A stretch of 64,000 nt of DNA from contig NC_043008.1 in NCBI RefSeq assembly GCF_006345805.1, forward strand, positions 29,512,001 through 29,576,000, written 5' to 3'. A program made the translations under genes and the position numbers. Source of the stretch: Octopus sinensis. Lineage: Eukaryota. This document shows, piece by piece, positions 25,505-38,124 of the stretch. The notes under the pieces are model-generated. The model searched no databases and was not told the origin of the DNA. It worked only from the letters and a program-made list of their open reading frames with translations. How positions within the stretch are numbered: the stretch's first letter is position 1; every line of letters starts with the position of its first letter.

Positions 25505-26060
25505 GAGGTGAAGTCAAAAATTATCCGCACTTACGCCATAACGTATCTCTATTGCTGTCAAACAGCCAGTCCACATGCTTGTTTAAAGTTGCTACTATTG
25601 TATTCACGTGATCAAAGTTTCAGCATCATCGCACCCTTTTTCTTTCCTGCTTTACATAAATCATCGGAGGCTTTTAGCACTACGAGTACAGTGCATTTCC
25701 GCGTAGAAGTTTGTATGAGTGGATCGAGATATCTAAAATTAGCGGGTCAAGCGTGACGCACGAAGAAGGAGCAGGACGCCTGTCAACCTCCTCCATTGAC
25801 GAGAAGGTTCAGCAACCTCGAGAGATGGTAATGGTGAACCGGTTCACCATTACCATCTCACGGATCACTGTTCTTTTTTCTTTGGTGCTCAATGCTAGTG
25901 GAGAGGCCATACTTTCACTGTAACGCCAGAACGGAAAATGGCGCGATCAGGCTCAAGCTTCGATCACGTAACCTCCACAGTACCCACTATCAGCACGCAC
26001 ACGTAGAAGACAAAGTGACAATAATAAAGGTATGTTATGGCGGGGTGCGAATAATTTCTA
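25502..26060. mobile_element. Mariner composite: + strand 5' fragment, 38-bp palindrome, - strand 5' fragment
   Basis: Left TIR tacgaggtgaagtcaaaaattatccgcac. Frame ..[33 protein letters not shown]. The right part, reverse-complemented, begins gaaattattcgcac and encodes [16 protein letters not shown]. Confidence 0.75.
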
Positions 26061-26148
26061 TACATATGTATACATATATAAGGTATATCTATGTATGTAT
26101 TTATCCATCCCTCCTCTCTTTATATACATATATATATATACACATACA

Positions 26149-26182
<34 letters not shown>

Positions 26183-26300
26183 CATACATATATATACATA
26201 TATATATATATATGCATATATATATATATATGTATATATATAACGGGAAGCTTTATGAAAATAAACAAAAGACGAAGGCAGGTGGAAAACAACGAACAAT

Positions 26301-26340
<40 letters not shown>

Positions 26341-26343
<3 letters not shown>

Positions 26344-26899
26344 GAGGTGAAGTCAAAAATTATCCGCACTTACGCCATAACGTATCTCTATTGCTGTCAA
26401 ACAGCCAGTCCACATGCTTGTTTAAAGTTGCTACTATTGTATTCACGTGATCAAAGTTTCAGCATCATCGCACCCTTTTTTCTTTCCTGCTTTACATAAA
26501 TCATCGGAGGCTTTTAGCACTACGAGTACAGTGCATTTCCGCGTAGAAGTTTGTATGAGTGGATCGAGATATCTAAAATTAGCGGGTCAAGCGTGACGCA
26601 CGAAGAAGGAGCAGGACGCTGTCAACCTCCTCCATTGACGAGAAGGTTCAGCAACCTCGAGAGATGGTAATGGTGAACCGGTTCACCATTACCATCTCAC
26701 GGATCACTGTTCTTTTTTCTTTGGTGCTCAATGCTAGTGGAGAGGCCATACTTTCACTGTAACGCCAGAACGGAAAATGGCGCGATCAGGCTCAAGCTTC
26801 GATCACGTAACCTCCACAGTACCCACTATCAGCACGCACACGTAGAAGACAAAGTGACAATAATAAAGGTATGTTATGGCGGGGTGCGAATAATTTCTA
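26341..26899. mobile_element. Tandem duplicate of the 25502-26060 mariner composite
   Basis: Near-identical, offset 839-840 bp. Confidence 0.75.
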
Positions 26900-26990
26900 T
26901 ACATATGTATACATATATAAGTGTATATCTATGTATGTATTTATCCATCCCTCCTCTCTTTATATACATATATATATATATACACATACA

Positions 26991-27024
<34 letters not shown>

Positions 27025-27669
27025 CATACATACATATAAACATACATACATTCATATATACTCACACACATACTCACACACACACACACATACACTCACA
27101 CACACATACACTCACACACACATGTGTATTAGTTTGCAAAGGAAGTCTGGTCTCATTTTTGGCACGATGAATTTGAGAGTACATATTTAATATACTTAGG
27201 ATAAAGTAAACATTTATGTCTTTAGATTAACTTATACATTAATGGATAAATTCCTATCGACTTTACTCTTTTGAAATTGATTTGAATTAGACCTGTATAA
27301 AATTTAATACTGTGTAAATTCAACAGAATCTACGAAACATTTTCTTTCTATGGATACTATGCTTGAAGCGTGCGGAGAGGACAACAATGCTTTGTCCAGT
27401 TTTACCCGGGAAATAATTCTGTCGAATATTATTCTCGGCTCGGATGAAAAAGGTTAGTTAATCTAAATATCCTAAATTCTATGATTGAAGAAAATAGAAT
27501 ACACATTTCACGAAAATTAGCAATATTGTTTAAATCAAGTTACACTTCGAACATCAACCAACTTTATAATCAAAGAAAGGATCTTATCTGTCGTAATCTT
27601 TCTGTGTTTCAACTTAATTAATGTGTTGATTTTGCTCGAAATAGAAATAAACTTCTATGGAATATATCC

Positions 27670-27985
27670 AGGCTTGAATAACAAGTGATGATACGTGGGT
27701 TCTTTACAATCATATCCTAAGATATGATTGTAAATATTGTATCTCATCCAATGAAGACGAAAATTCACCCGCAAGCCATAGCTGTACAAAAGAAAATGCT
27801 TATGATCAGTGGTTGGTGGAATGTGAAGTGAATCGTATGTCATAAGATTATAAACAAAAACAAAACGCTTCATGCAACGGTATATTATCGCCAGTTAGAT
27901 GCAATGGAGAAAAGAATTCGCAGATAATTCGCCCATTATTAGTCATAGAAAGAGTGGCGTTTCTATTACACAATAAGTCAACATA
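27670..27985 (+). mobile_element. Mariner transposase catalytic-domain fragment
   Basis: Frameshifted ITSDDTWVLYN, K.ML..WWN, YYRQLD, V..LHN resemble ITGDE.W..Y.N, WW, Y..QL and LHDNA. Confidence 0.7.
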
Positions 27986-28029
27986 TTGCCCAAGTCACTA
28001 TAAATGTATATATATATAATTTTAAAAAG

Positions 28030-28066
<37 letters not shown>

Positions 28067-28624
28067 TGTGTGTGTGTTTGTGTAAGTATGTATGTTTAGG
28101 TAAGAGATGCTCATATGCATTTAATGGCAGTGAAATTGTGAATAATTTTTGTGTGTATATGGAAATTCTTTCCTGCAAAGTAACTAAGATAACTCACGAT
28201 TATCTGCTAGATACAGGGGAATGTGGAATTGTCGTGTATATTATGGTGATTTTGAAGTGTAGTCAGCATTTATTCTCCGACAATATTGATAAAGCGTCAA
28301 ATTTGCAAATAAAATTTTTATTCCCGTCGACGATATATTTTTTACGATTATCTCGAAACAAAATTCTCCGATATTAAATTCAAGAAAGAAAGTATATATA
28401 TATATATTTTTATTTTATTGAAAATTTTAATGATTTTTGGGGTATAGCTTTGAGTCTCACTGATTTCGTACGATCTACTTTATCAGTTTTCTACATATAT
28501 TACTATAGATATGCAATCTAACAGTCTCTCATCCTCACTCGGTATGTCTGTAGATATGAAAGTACACACAGACACTCATATATACACATACATACATACC
28601 TACATACATACATACATACATACA

Positions 28625-28660
<36 letters not shown>

Positions 28661-28679
28661 TATAGTCTTTTACTCATTT

Positions 28680-28885
28680 ACTCTTTTATATGTTTCAGTC
28701 ATTTGACTGCGGCCATGCTGGAGCACCGCATTTAGTCGAGCAAATCGACCCCAGGACTTATTCTTTGGAAGCTTAGTACTTTTTTATCGGTAACTTTTGC
28801 CGAACCACTAATTTACGGGGACGTAAACACATCACCATCGATTGTCAAGCGATGTTGGGGGGACAAATGCAGACAAACAAACATA
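28680..28885 (-). mobile_element. SINE 3'/core fragment
   Basis: Reverse complement ..gtttacgtccccgtaaattagtggttcggcaaaag..ccgataaaaaagtac..ggggtcgatttgctcgactaaat..gctccagcatggccgcagtcaaatgactgaaac. Confidence 0.7.
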
Positions 28886-29757
28886 TACATACATCATCAT
28901 CATTGTTCGACCGTAGTCGAGACAATGGAATTTACCATGTTGCGCCAGACTTCACGGTCCATACACATACATATGTATATGTACATATATACATACACAT
29001 ACATATGTATATGTACATATATACATACACATACATATGTATATATGTATATATGTATGTACGTACATATATATGCCTGTGTTTGTATGTATATATGCAT
29101 AGCTTTATATGTCTTGGTAAGTGCATGTACTGGTAGAGAGGGAAAGAGAGAAATGGAAAGCATGAGACAGAGACCCCGGTTGGCAATATCAATCTAGCTA
29201 GCTAGTCATGTTTCTATAATAGTGTGTGTGCTTATGAATGTGCGCGCGCGTAGAATGTTTGCGTATCTATATATACCAAAATATCTATATAGATATATAC
29301 ATACATATGTAAAGAGAGAGAAATAGTGAGAGAGACAGCGGTGAGAGAGAATTCGGCTCTTATTTATTTCAGTCTCTTAAATAAGTTTCAGTATTCGGCA
29401 ATTACGCTTCTCAGTCTAACGATGTGTCTACATATGCATGCTAACTCTATGAAGTGTACGTACGAATTGATTCTATAGTGAGCTATAATATACTGTCAAT
29501 AATAATATAAGAGATAATGTAAGAGATGAAAGACAGGAGTACAAAGTTCAAACAAATGTAAGTTTTCTTCATTATTGATGTGTTCTTGCATTACGTTATC
29601 GCTTACATCAGACTCTGCGTGAACAAGTGTGAATACGCAACGGAGGAAAAAACAGAATAGAAAAGTTGTTGAGCGCTAAGCGCATCGAATATATATACAT
29701 ATATATATGTGTATGTAGCAATGGTTATATGTGTGTGTAGACATGCATATCTATATG

Positions 29758-29795
<38 letters not shown>

Positions 29796-29895
29796 TATAC
29801 ATATGTATATATATATGCATACATTCACATACACGTGTATATATATTTTTAAAATTGTATGTACACTTATATAACATATATATATATATACATAC

Positions 29896-29938
<43 letters not shown>

Positions 29939-30018
29939 TATTATATAATTATTATATATATATATACGTACATACACTCACAGATACATACATATATACA
30001 TATATATATATATAATAT

Positions 30019-30069
<51 letters not shown>

Positions 30070-30634
30070 ATGCAAATATACATGCAGGCATACATACATA
30101 TGATAGGATGTTTTCATCAACCGATAATAATGCCATTAAATCATATATACTTATACTTTACAGGTGATTTGTAACACATTTGTAATACTAAGTTTCCTGA
30201 AATCTACACCAGTTTGTAGGTTTTTCTTTTGAATTTTATTGTGGTTATCACGTTAATAAGGATTTTTTTTATTTTGGTTTATATTTTATAAAACACGACT
30301 AGTTATTTCTTCAAATATTGTATGCTGTGTCTTTTATTCTGTAAAATTTCCAACAGAGAATACTTATATGCGCAATAGTCCTCTTGATTTTTGTTAATTT
30401 TCCTGTTAGTTAGCTTTGTATGTTCTGATTTTACATTGCAAAAAGCTAGAATTGCTTAAAAAGAAATAAACATAATTTTTCCACAGGCTAAATATTCTCT
30501 TTCCTTTTCTTGTTACATGCACGAATCAAAAGTAAATGGAACAGTCTCCCTGTATGTAATGCACTAATAATTTGAAAGTAATACCATGTTGTTATATGTA
30601 TTGACCACTATCCATGTTGTGATATATGGTTGCC

Positions 30635-30810
30635 CGCTAGCCCCTACAGCTTTGTTTTCTTTTCTCTGCATATTTTCTCGTGTTCCTTTCTGTTGAAGAG
30701 CGTAGTATCAAAACGTAAAATACTTTCTCACATTCCCGAGCGTTAAACTAATACACCAGTTTGTTGTTTATACATCTGTCTTCGTCTTTTGTTTTTTGTA
30801 AATTCCATCT
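30635..30810 (+). mobile_element. Hammerhead-like short element (copy D)
   Basis: ctgttgaagagcgtagtatcaaaacgta at 30690-30717, then the shared tail ..gagcgttaaactaatac..ttcgtcttttgttttt, ending in a TA-rich tract. Confidence 0.65.
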
Positions 30811-30856
30811 ATATACATACATACATACATACATATATATTGATATATATATAATA

Positions 30857-30900
<44 letters not shown>

Positions 30901-30925
30901 ATATACATATATATATATACATACA

Positions 30926-30963
<38 letters not shown>

Positions 30964-30995
30964 TATACATATATATATACATACAATTATATTTA

Positions 30996-31068
<73 letters not shown>

Positions 31069-31074
31069 TTATGT

Positions 31075-31225
31075 TTGAAGTTTACAGAAAAGCAAAAGAC
31101 GGAGACAGGTGTATAAACATGAGCAAGTGTATTAGTTTGACGCTCGGGAAAGTGAGAAAGTATTTTACGTTCCGGGCCTGTGCTCCTCAACAGAAAAGAA
31201 CACGAAGAAATAGAGAGAATACGGA
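31075..31225 (-). mobile_element. Hammerhead-like short element (copy E)
   Basis: Reverse complement ctgttgaggagcacaggcccggaacgta (31166-31193). 3' end next to (TA)n. Confidence 0.65.
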
Positions 31226-31515
31226 GTAATTGTAGATTTAGTGGTCAATCATGGTGAAACATACACACTCTCTCTCCATCTCTCTCTCTCTCTCACTATA
31301 CACACACACACACGCATATATATATATATATACATAAACATATACACACATATACATGCCGGTGAGTATTCATTAAGGAGGTAGACTTACGATTTCGGCA
31401 TATCAATGCCCACCATATTAATGGTTTCATGGTAGAAGCATAGGCTATGTAACAAGGCAATGAATTCCATTGAAAGATTTATATTGATCCTGCATCATCC
31501 ACTCCTTGGTTCTAT

Positions 31516-31590
<75 letters not shown>

Positions 31591-31672
31591 CATACATATA
31601 TGTATATATATATATATATATATATACATATATATACATATATATATACATACATATATATATATTATATAT

Positions 31673-31747
<75 letters not shown>

Positions 31748-31749
31748 GT

Positions 31750-31890
31750 TTGAAGTTACAGAAAAGCAAAAGACGGAGACAGGTGTATAAACATGAGCAA
31801 GTGTATTAGTTTGACGCTCGGGAAAGTGAGAAAGTATTTTACGTTCCGGGCCTTTGCTCCTCAACAGAAAAGACACGAAGAAATAGAGAG
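31750..31890 (-). mobile_element. Copy F (tandem duplicate of E)
   Basis: Same sequence as E with small indels. Confidence 0.6.
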
Positions 31891-32186
31891 AGATACGAGT
31901 AATTGTAGATTTAGTGGTCATCATGGTGAAACATACACACTCTCTCTCCATCTCTCTCTCTCTCTCACTATACACACACACACACGCATATATATTATAT
32001 ATACATAAACATATACACACATATACATGCCGGTGAGTATTCATTAAGGAGGGGACTTACGATTTCGCATATCAATGCCCACCATATTAATGTTTTCATG
32101 GTAAACATAGGCTATGTAACAAGCAATGAATTCCATTGAAAGATTTATATTGATCCTGCATCATCCACTCCTTGGATTCTATTGAT

Positions 32187-32218
<32 letters not shown>

Positions 32219-32219
32219 C

Positions 32220-32251
<32 letters not shown>

Positions 32252-32765
32252 TTATATATATATATATATATCATCTATACCCACATATATATATATATAT
32301 ATACATATAAATACCACATACCTACATGCATACATACCTACATACTTACATAATGCGTATAAAGATAGAACAATTAAAAATATATATGTAAACAAACACA
32401 CACAAACACACACACATATATATATATATATTTAACACACTCACTGCTTATTAGAACGACTAGTGACTGGGTTGCAAGACACAAAGAAAATTTGTATATC
32501 TGTAGTAGAAATATGAGAGTGTATGTGGTTATATTTGCGTGTTTCGTCCCCAAATTCTCTGAAATGGTGTGTCCTGATGAAAAATGAGGAATCTGAGATT
32601 CGAAATTTGCGTGCCAAAAAGGTAGTTCGTAAATAATAATAACAACAAAATATAATCTGCTACAAGAAATAATCCCTTTACCTCCACATTCTGCCATGAA
32701 GTCTCTCTTCTGCTGCTCCCCTCCCTCTTTATATACCTACCACACTCCTTCTCGCTCTCTTGTTG

Positions 32766-32810
<45 letters not shown>

Positions 32811-34774
32811 TACATGCATGCCTCCTTCTCTGTGTCTACATACGACATATAATTGATTTCACTTTGTTCAAGATTTCTTGTATCGCTTAATTTTAGTTTA
32901 TGTCACACAACTATCACGCACTATTTATCAAATTTTAAACCTTTATAGTATTTTTATGAACTTTTTCTGTAATAAATGATTCGCAAAATTGGATTCAACG
33001 TGAAAAATTACATCAGTATACCTAATTTCAATATTTTCATTTAATGTTATATTTTCAAAATGTGTGATAGAAACAAAATAAGATTTATATTTATGCTTTT
33101 TCTGTGTATGCATGTGTTTAAGGAATTTCATTAATGTGGCAGAGAGATTTATGAATATGTTAGAGTATTTATATGTATGTTTATTCTTACACACACGTTC
33201 GGGCGCGTACACACATACACACGTATTCGGTGAGTGAGGGGGTGAGTTAAAAGTTTAAATTAGAAATCTTTTTGGTGTTCTTGCTTAAATCTCGTAACCA
33301 CCCGTCATCCATGACCACACTTGATCTAAACAAGAGTGACAAAGAGACGAGGAAGGCACTAAGTGGTCGTGAGATTTGCTAGAAACAACAGTTTGATCAC
33401 CCTTAAATTAGATACCTTTTTGTCTGAATATTATTCTCAAATTATAAATGGAAACAAATAGTAGATACGGACGGTCCGTATTTCAAAAATATAACTAAAA
33501 AAGAATTCGAAAGAAGCCGGAATCTTTGGATTCATGGGAGCTACAATTAATCAAAAACCATTCTGTTTAAAAATAAAGGAGGTGGGGATTTCCAAAACGT
33601 TTCATTTTTCTTTTCTTTTCTTTTTTTTTTTTGTTACGGACAAGTGAGCTAAAATCGGTACTGAAAGTGGGAGTTGGGTTGAAAGAAATCATACAGATTC
33701 TGATTTTTTCTCTTTTTAACTAAAATGCGTTTACCATTGTTTTAAGTTCAAACTAAAAATCATAAAATCCTTCTTGCCTATATTATTTGAAAGGATGTGG
33801 TGAAGCAAATTTTGAAAACTTCTCGTCAAAACAGAGAAAATCCGACTTTATATGTGTCCCGCAGCAACGGGATACTACGCTAGTGCATGTGTGCCTGTGT
33901 ATGTATGTGTGTATGTGTGTTTGTGTGTATGTGTAGCTGTGTGTGTAGCTGTGTGTTACTGGTTGTGTGTGCATGTGTATTTGTATATCGTGAGAGTGTG
34001 AGAAACACAATGAGGTATATAGACATATTCTTACACATACATACATACGCACACACACGAACACACATACACAAGGATTCGCTTAGTGAGGAGTGTGATT
34101 AGTTTGAATTAGAGAGGTAGATGAAGCAACAGAGAGATGTATGTACGTGTGACTTTTACTATTTACAACAGGTTCTAATTTGATTTGTCTTAGACTGTGC
34201 ATTTTCCTTTACTCATCAAACTCAGATATAAATGCACTCTATCCGTATATTTTCTTTACCTAACCAACGATTTATACAATCGTGGACCATCACGGGTGAC
34301 ATTAAAATTACCGAATGTAACGTAGTGATCATTTACTACTGTTATTAACTTGTATGCAATTTTAGATTATTAACGTTAAGTAATTAGTTTCAATAGTTTA
34401 ATCGAAGTATCAAACGAAACATATCTAGTAAATCATAGAGCATAACTATCGTCACATTCCTTTCCTTGAGTTTATGACTGTTATATATTAATATTATTCA
34501 CTTATGCTAAGGAGATAAACTTACTATGGATATATGGCCTTGCTAGAAATTGTTGCTATATCACCTTTAATTTCTGTCTAGAGAAATGCTATATTTTATA
34601 AAATTGAGCGTAAAAGACATAGGAAAAGAATTATTATCGTAAGCGGTAGGCTTAGATCTGGTCTACAAGGTTTCATCAGTATTATCTATGCGTAGAAAAA
34701 GTCCATACAATGTCATGCCATGCATGCAAGCTAAAGCTTACGTAAATGTGACATGGGATTGGTAGTTAATTGTT

Positions 34775-35337
34775 ATCATCATCATCATCATCGTGGTCGT
34801 TTAACGTCCGCTTTCCATGCTACATGAGTTGTACGATTTGACTGAGGTCTGGCGAACCAGATGGCTGCACCAGACTCCAATCTAATCTGGCAGAGTTTCT
34901 ACAGCTGGTTGCTCTTCCTAACGCTAACTACTCCGAGAGTGTAGTGGGTGCTTTTACGTGCCACAGGCTCGAGGGGCAGTCAGGCGGTACTGGCAACGGC
35001 CACGCTCAAATAGTGCCACTTGCACAGGAGCCAGTCCAGCGGCACTGGCAACGATCTCGCTCGAATGTTTTTTGACGTGCCACCAGCACAAGTGCCAGTA
35101 AGGCGATGCAGGTAATGATCACGTTCGAATGGTGCTTTTTACGTGCTAGTGGCACAGAGACCAGTTTGTTGCTCTGGCAATGATCACGCTCGTAAGGTAC
35201 TCTTATTGCTCTACTAGCACAGATGCCAGTAATAGAATTTGATTTCGATTTCGATTTCCCTTGCCTCAACAGGTCTACGTAAGCAGAGTTTAGTGTTCAA
35301 TGAAAGAAAGGTACGCATAAGTGAGCTGGTTACACCC
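34775..35337 (-). mobile_element. LINE(RTE-like)-tailed repeat with an (ATG)n 3' tail and internal ~60-65-bp tandem units
   Basis: (CAT)n followed by cgtttaacgtccgctttccatgc. Repeated gtgcttttacgtgc..ggca..ccagt..ctggcaa.gatcacgctcg units. Confidence 0.6.
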
Positions 35338-36149
35338 ACAAAAACTACAAGATAAAAACTTAAAATGAGTTTTCATATCAGATGTTCTAGTGTCACATTT
35401 TATTGACTTCACTGCGTGTGCGAAAGCACTAAACCATCGAATACATTTTCTTAATTATATTGCGCATTTGTTTATGCGTATCAATATTTTTTTAATGACA
35501 AAATGCATTGTTTCTACAGTCAATTCTACAACATATCTCATTTTACAACATAACATTTAAATAGAAAGATACAGAAGAAAAGGAAATAAGAAAAATATGA
35601 AAGAGGAAGTGGGGAAGTAGAAGATGGAGGCGGAGGAGACGATGAGTCACATACTCCGGAACAAAATGTGTGCTCGGCGACATCCTTCGCTAATGAGTGC
35701 CATTGCATTGCCGTGGTGAACTGCCAGAGACACTCGGTGCAGCAGCCACTCGAGCTCGTGTGGCTCATCTCACGGACGAGCTGCTGTTATTTCAATTTTG
35801 CAGAGGAAATCTCTTGTACGGGATCCAAAAATTGAATTTGTATTGCCACGATCGATTTAGTAAGTACTGGTTATGTAAGCGTGTCGATTAAATACACGCC
35901 ACTGTTATTTGAGTTTTTTTCTTTATATCTGACTGAAAATCGATATTATATCTTTGGTATTGTTTGCCTTTCAAGAAAAGTCGAATAATTTTATCTAAAT
36001 AAACTTAGATTCAAACTTGAACTCCAGATATTTATTTTTAATACTTATTGTCGGAAATAACAACAAAACATATGAACGCTCTACAAAATAACATGAAAAT
36101 TTTCTAAAAATCAAAGGTTTAGTTATAAATAAACATTGCTCACAGCATA

Positions 36150-36272
36150 ACTACTACTACTACTACTACTACTAACACCACCACCACCACCACCACCACC
36201 ACCTCCCATCTCCACCACCACCACCGCCATCGCCACCGCCACTACTACTACTGCTGCTGCTGCTACTGTTGC
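36150..36272 (+). repeat. Compound (CTA)n(CCA)n(CTG)n trinucleotide repeat
   Basis: Direct reading. Confidence 0.9.
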
Positions 36273-36554
36273 TGCGTCAGCAAAAGCAAGATTTCCTTCA
36301 AGGTGAACCAACATAAAATATATGGCTACAACCGTACAATTTGCAAATCTAGCGTCTTTATCGCTATGAATAAGATCCACAACAATCACTACAACGAAAA
36401 CAACACTCTAAACGAAAAGCGAAAGGCAAAACGGCAACAAAATCTAATTCGTTAGCAAAAACTCGACACTAGTACCTTTAATTGTCACTGTAATTTAAAT
36501 TTGATTTAACTGCATAGTGGAAGACAACGCGCAGTTAAATCTGAAAACATATCA

Positions 36555-36630
36555 GAGTACAGTGGTCGATGCAATCAACTTACCTACTCCTCCGACATTG
36601 CTGACATTGTACCAAGATTTTGAAACCAAT
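36555..36630 (+). mobile_element. SINE 3' part, lying upstream of the 5' part
   Basis: gagtacagtggtcgatgcaatcaactta..ttgtaccaagattttgaaaccaat matches the tails at 18070-18137 and 50440-50505. Confidence 0.65.
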
Positions 36631-36647
36631 ATTCATGCACACATTTA

Positions 36648-36790
36648 AGGCAGCGAGGTGAGAGGAACGTTAGCACACCGGGCAAAATTGTTAGCAGCGT
36701 TTCGTCCGTCTTTACGCTTCGTATCAGTATTCTGCCTCGAGTTTGACTTTGTTTTTCTTGCTCTCGAGGCGATAAAATAAGTACAATTTG
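36648..36790 (+). mobile_element. tRNA-derived SINE, 5' part
   Basis: ggcagcgaggtg..gaacgttagcacaccgggcaaaa..tttcgtccgtctttacg..gataaaataagtac. Same family as 50332 and 52900. Confidence 0.75.
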
Positions 36791-37277
36791 AGAGTATATC
36801 CAAGCACAAACACAAATTCCTATGACAATGTATATAAGAAGTAGAGAAAAGTCTTTTTTGCGAGGAAGGCAATCTAATCCTTGTTTACAACATTTTGCTT
36901 TGAACTCTACATCTAACTGCATTGTCTATATTTTCCAAATTTCAGTTGATTGATTTTATTAGATTTGTCTCCATCGCTTCTTCTTTTTAAAAATATTACA
37001 TAGACAATGAAGGGAACATTTTGCACGCATAGTCTCAATTAAGTGATCATTATCACCTCATTATATAGTAAATTTGCAGCACTAAATTGTTTAAATTTAT
37101 TATGCAGGACACTCCCATAGTGTATTATTACATTAAACATTATTGTTATTATAAGTACGTAGATGCTAACCCCTATTGAATATCTCTCGTCTTTGTGTAT
37201 GCCTGCATGTATGTGTGTGTATATATATACGTATCTATATATGTCTATGAATATATATATATTTATTTTATTTTATT

Positions 37278-37313
<36 letters not shown>

Positions 37314-37345
37314 ATATATATATATTATATATATATATTATATAT

Positions 37346-37402
<57 letters not shown>

Positions 37403-37414
37403 TACATATATATA

Positions 37415-37468
<54 letters not shown>

Positions 37469-38124
37469 ATACACTTATATGCATGTACGAGTATGTGTAT
37501 ATGTACTATACGTTTATACGTTAGTCTCTAAATATCAGTCTTTCGTCTAGGTGTCCGCGTGTGTCTGTGAGTGTTCGTGAGTGTGGACATCGTCATGTAT
37601 CGATTAATCACTGTGATATTTAACTAGAAATACCGGTTTTCACACATGGTTGGATTTCATTATCTCTGCTGCAGACAAATTAAACAATAGTTCGTGAAAT
37701 AGTTTTCCGGTCTGAATACGTTGACGAAAACTGTTATGTATTGCAATTCAATGAGGCGACATAAATATTTTCGAATAGAATTTAAGTACAACACGTGACG
37801 GTGCTATTAACTAAAATTCAATAGTAGCGCAGTGATAATTCTATGTAGCTTCAAATGTATTTTAATGAACACGATGCCGATTTTTGTGTCTCTTAATAAA
37901 GCTGGAAATGTGTTTATTATTCTATGTTTTATGTTTGTCCATTTCATACATCTAGAAACGCCTTTCCAATCTTTGATTTTACACATATTTAATTTTGTCT
38001 GTTGAGGTCTTTTTGTTTTGAAATTAGATAAATCTGAACATATACATAGAAAAGCAACCGAGCATCCCCATATTAAAAAACGAATGACGTACGTGTACAC
38101 TAAAATTTAATAAAAAAATACGCC

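Larger units (their letters stand above)
25299..27010. repeat. Tandem duplication, period ~840 bp, bounded by TA/TACA tracts
   Basis: taacgggaag at 25401 and 26241. The differences seen are single-base indels. Confidence 0.95.
30830..32190. repeat. Tandem duplication, period ~670 bp, bounded by (TA)n
   Basis: 31066-31518 vs 31742-32185. The second copy carries many 1-bp indels. Confidence 0.9.

Noticed and set aside
32574-32605. ctgatga...gaatc-tga-gattc-gaaa as a hammerhead
   Set aside because: Eight extra nt lie between the core and helix II, and no helix I pairing is possible.
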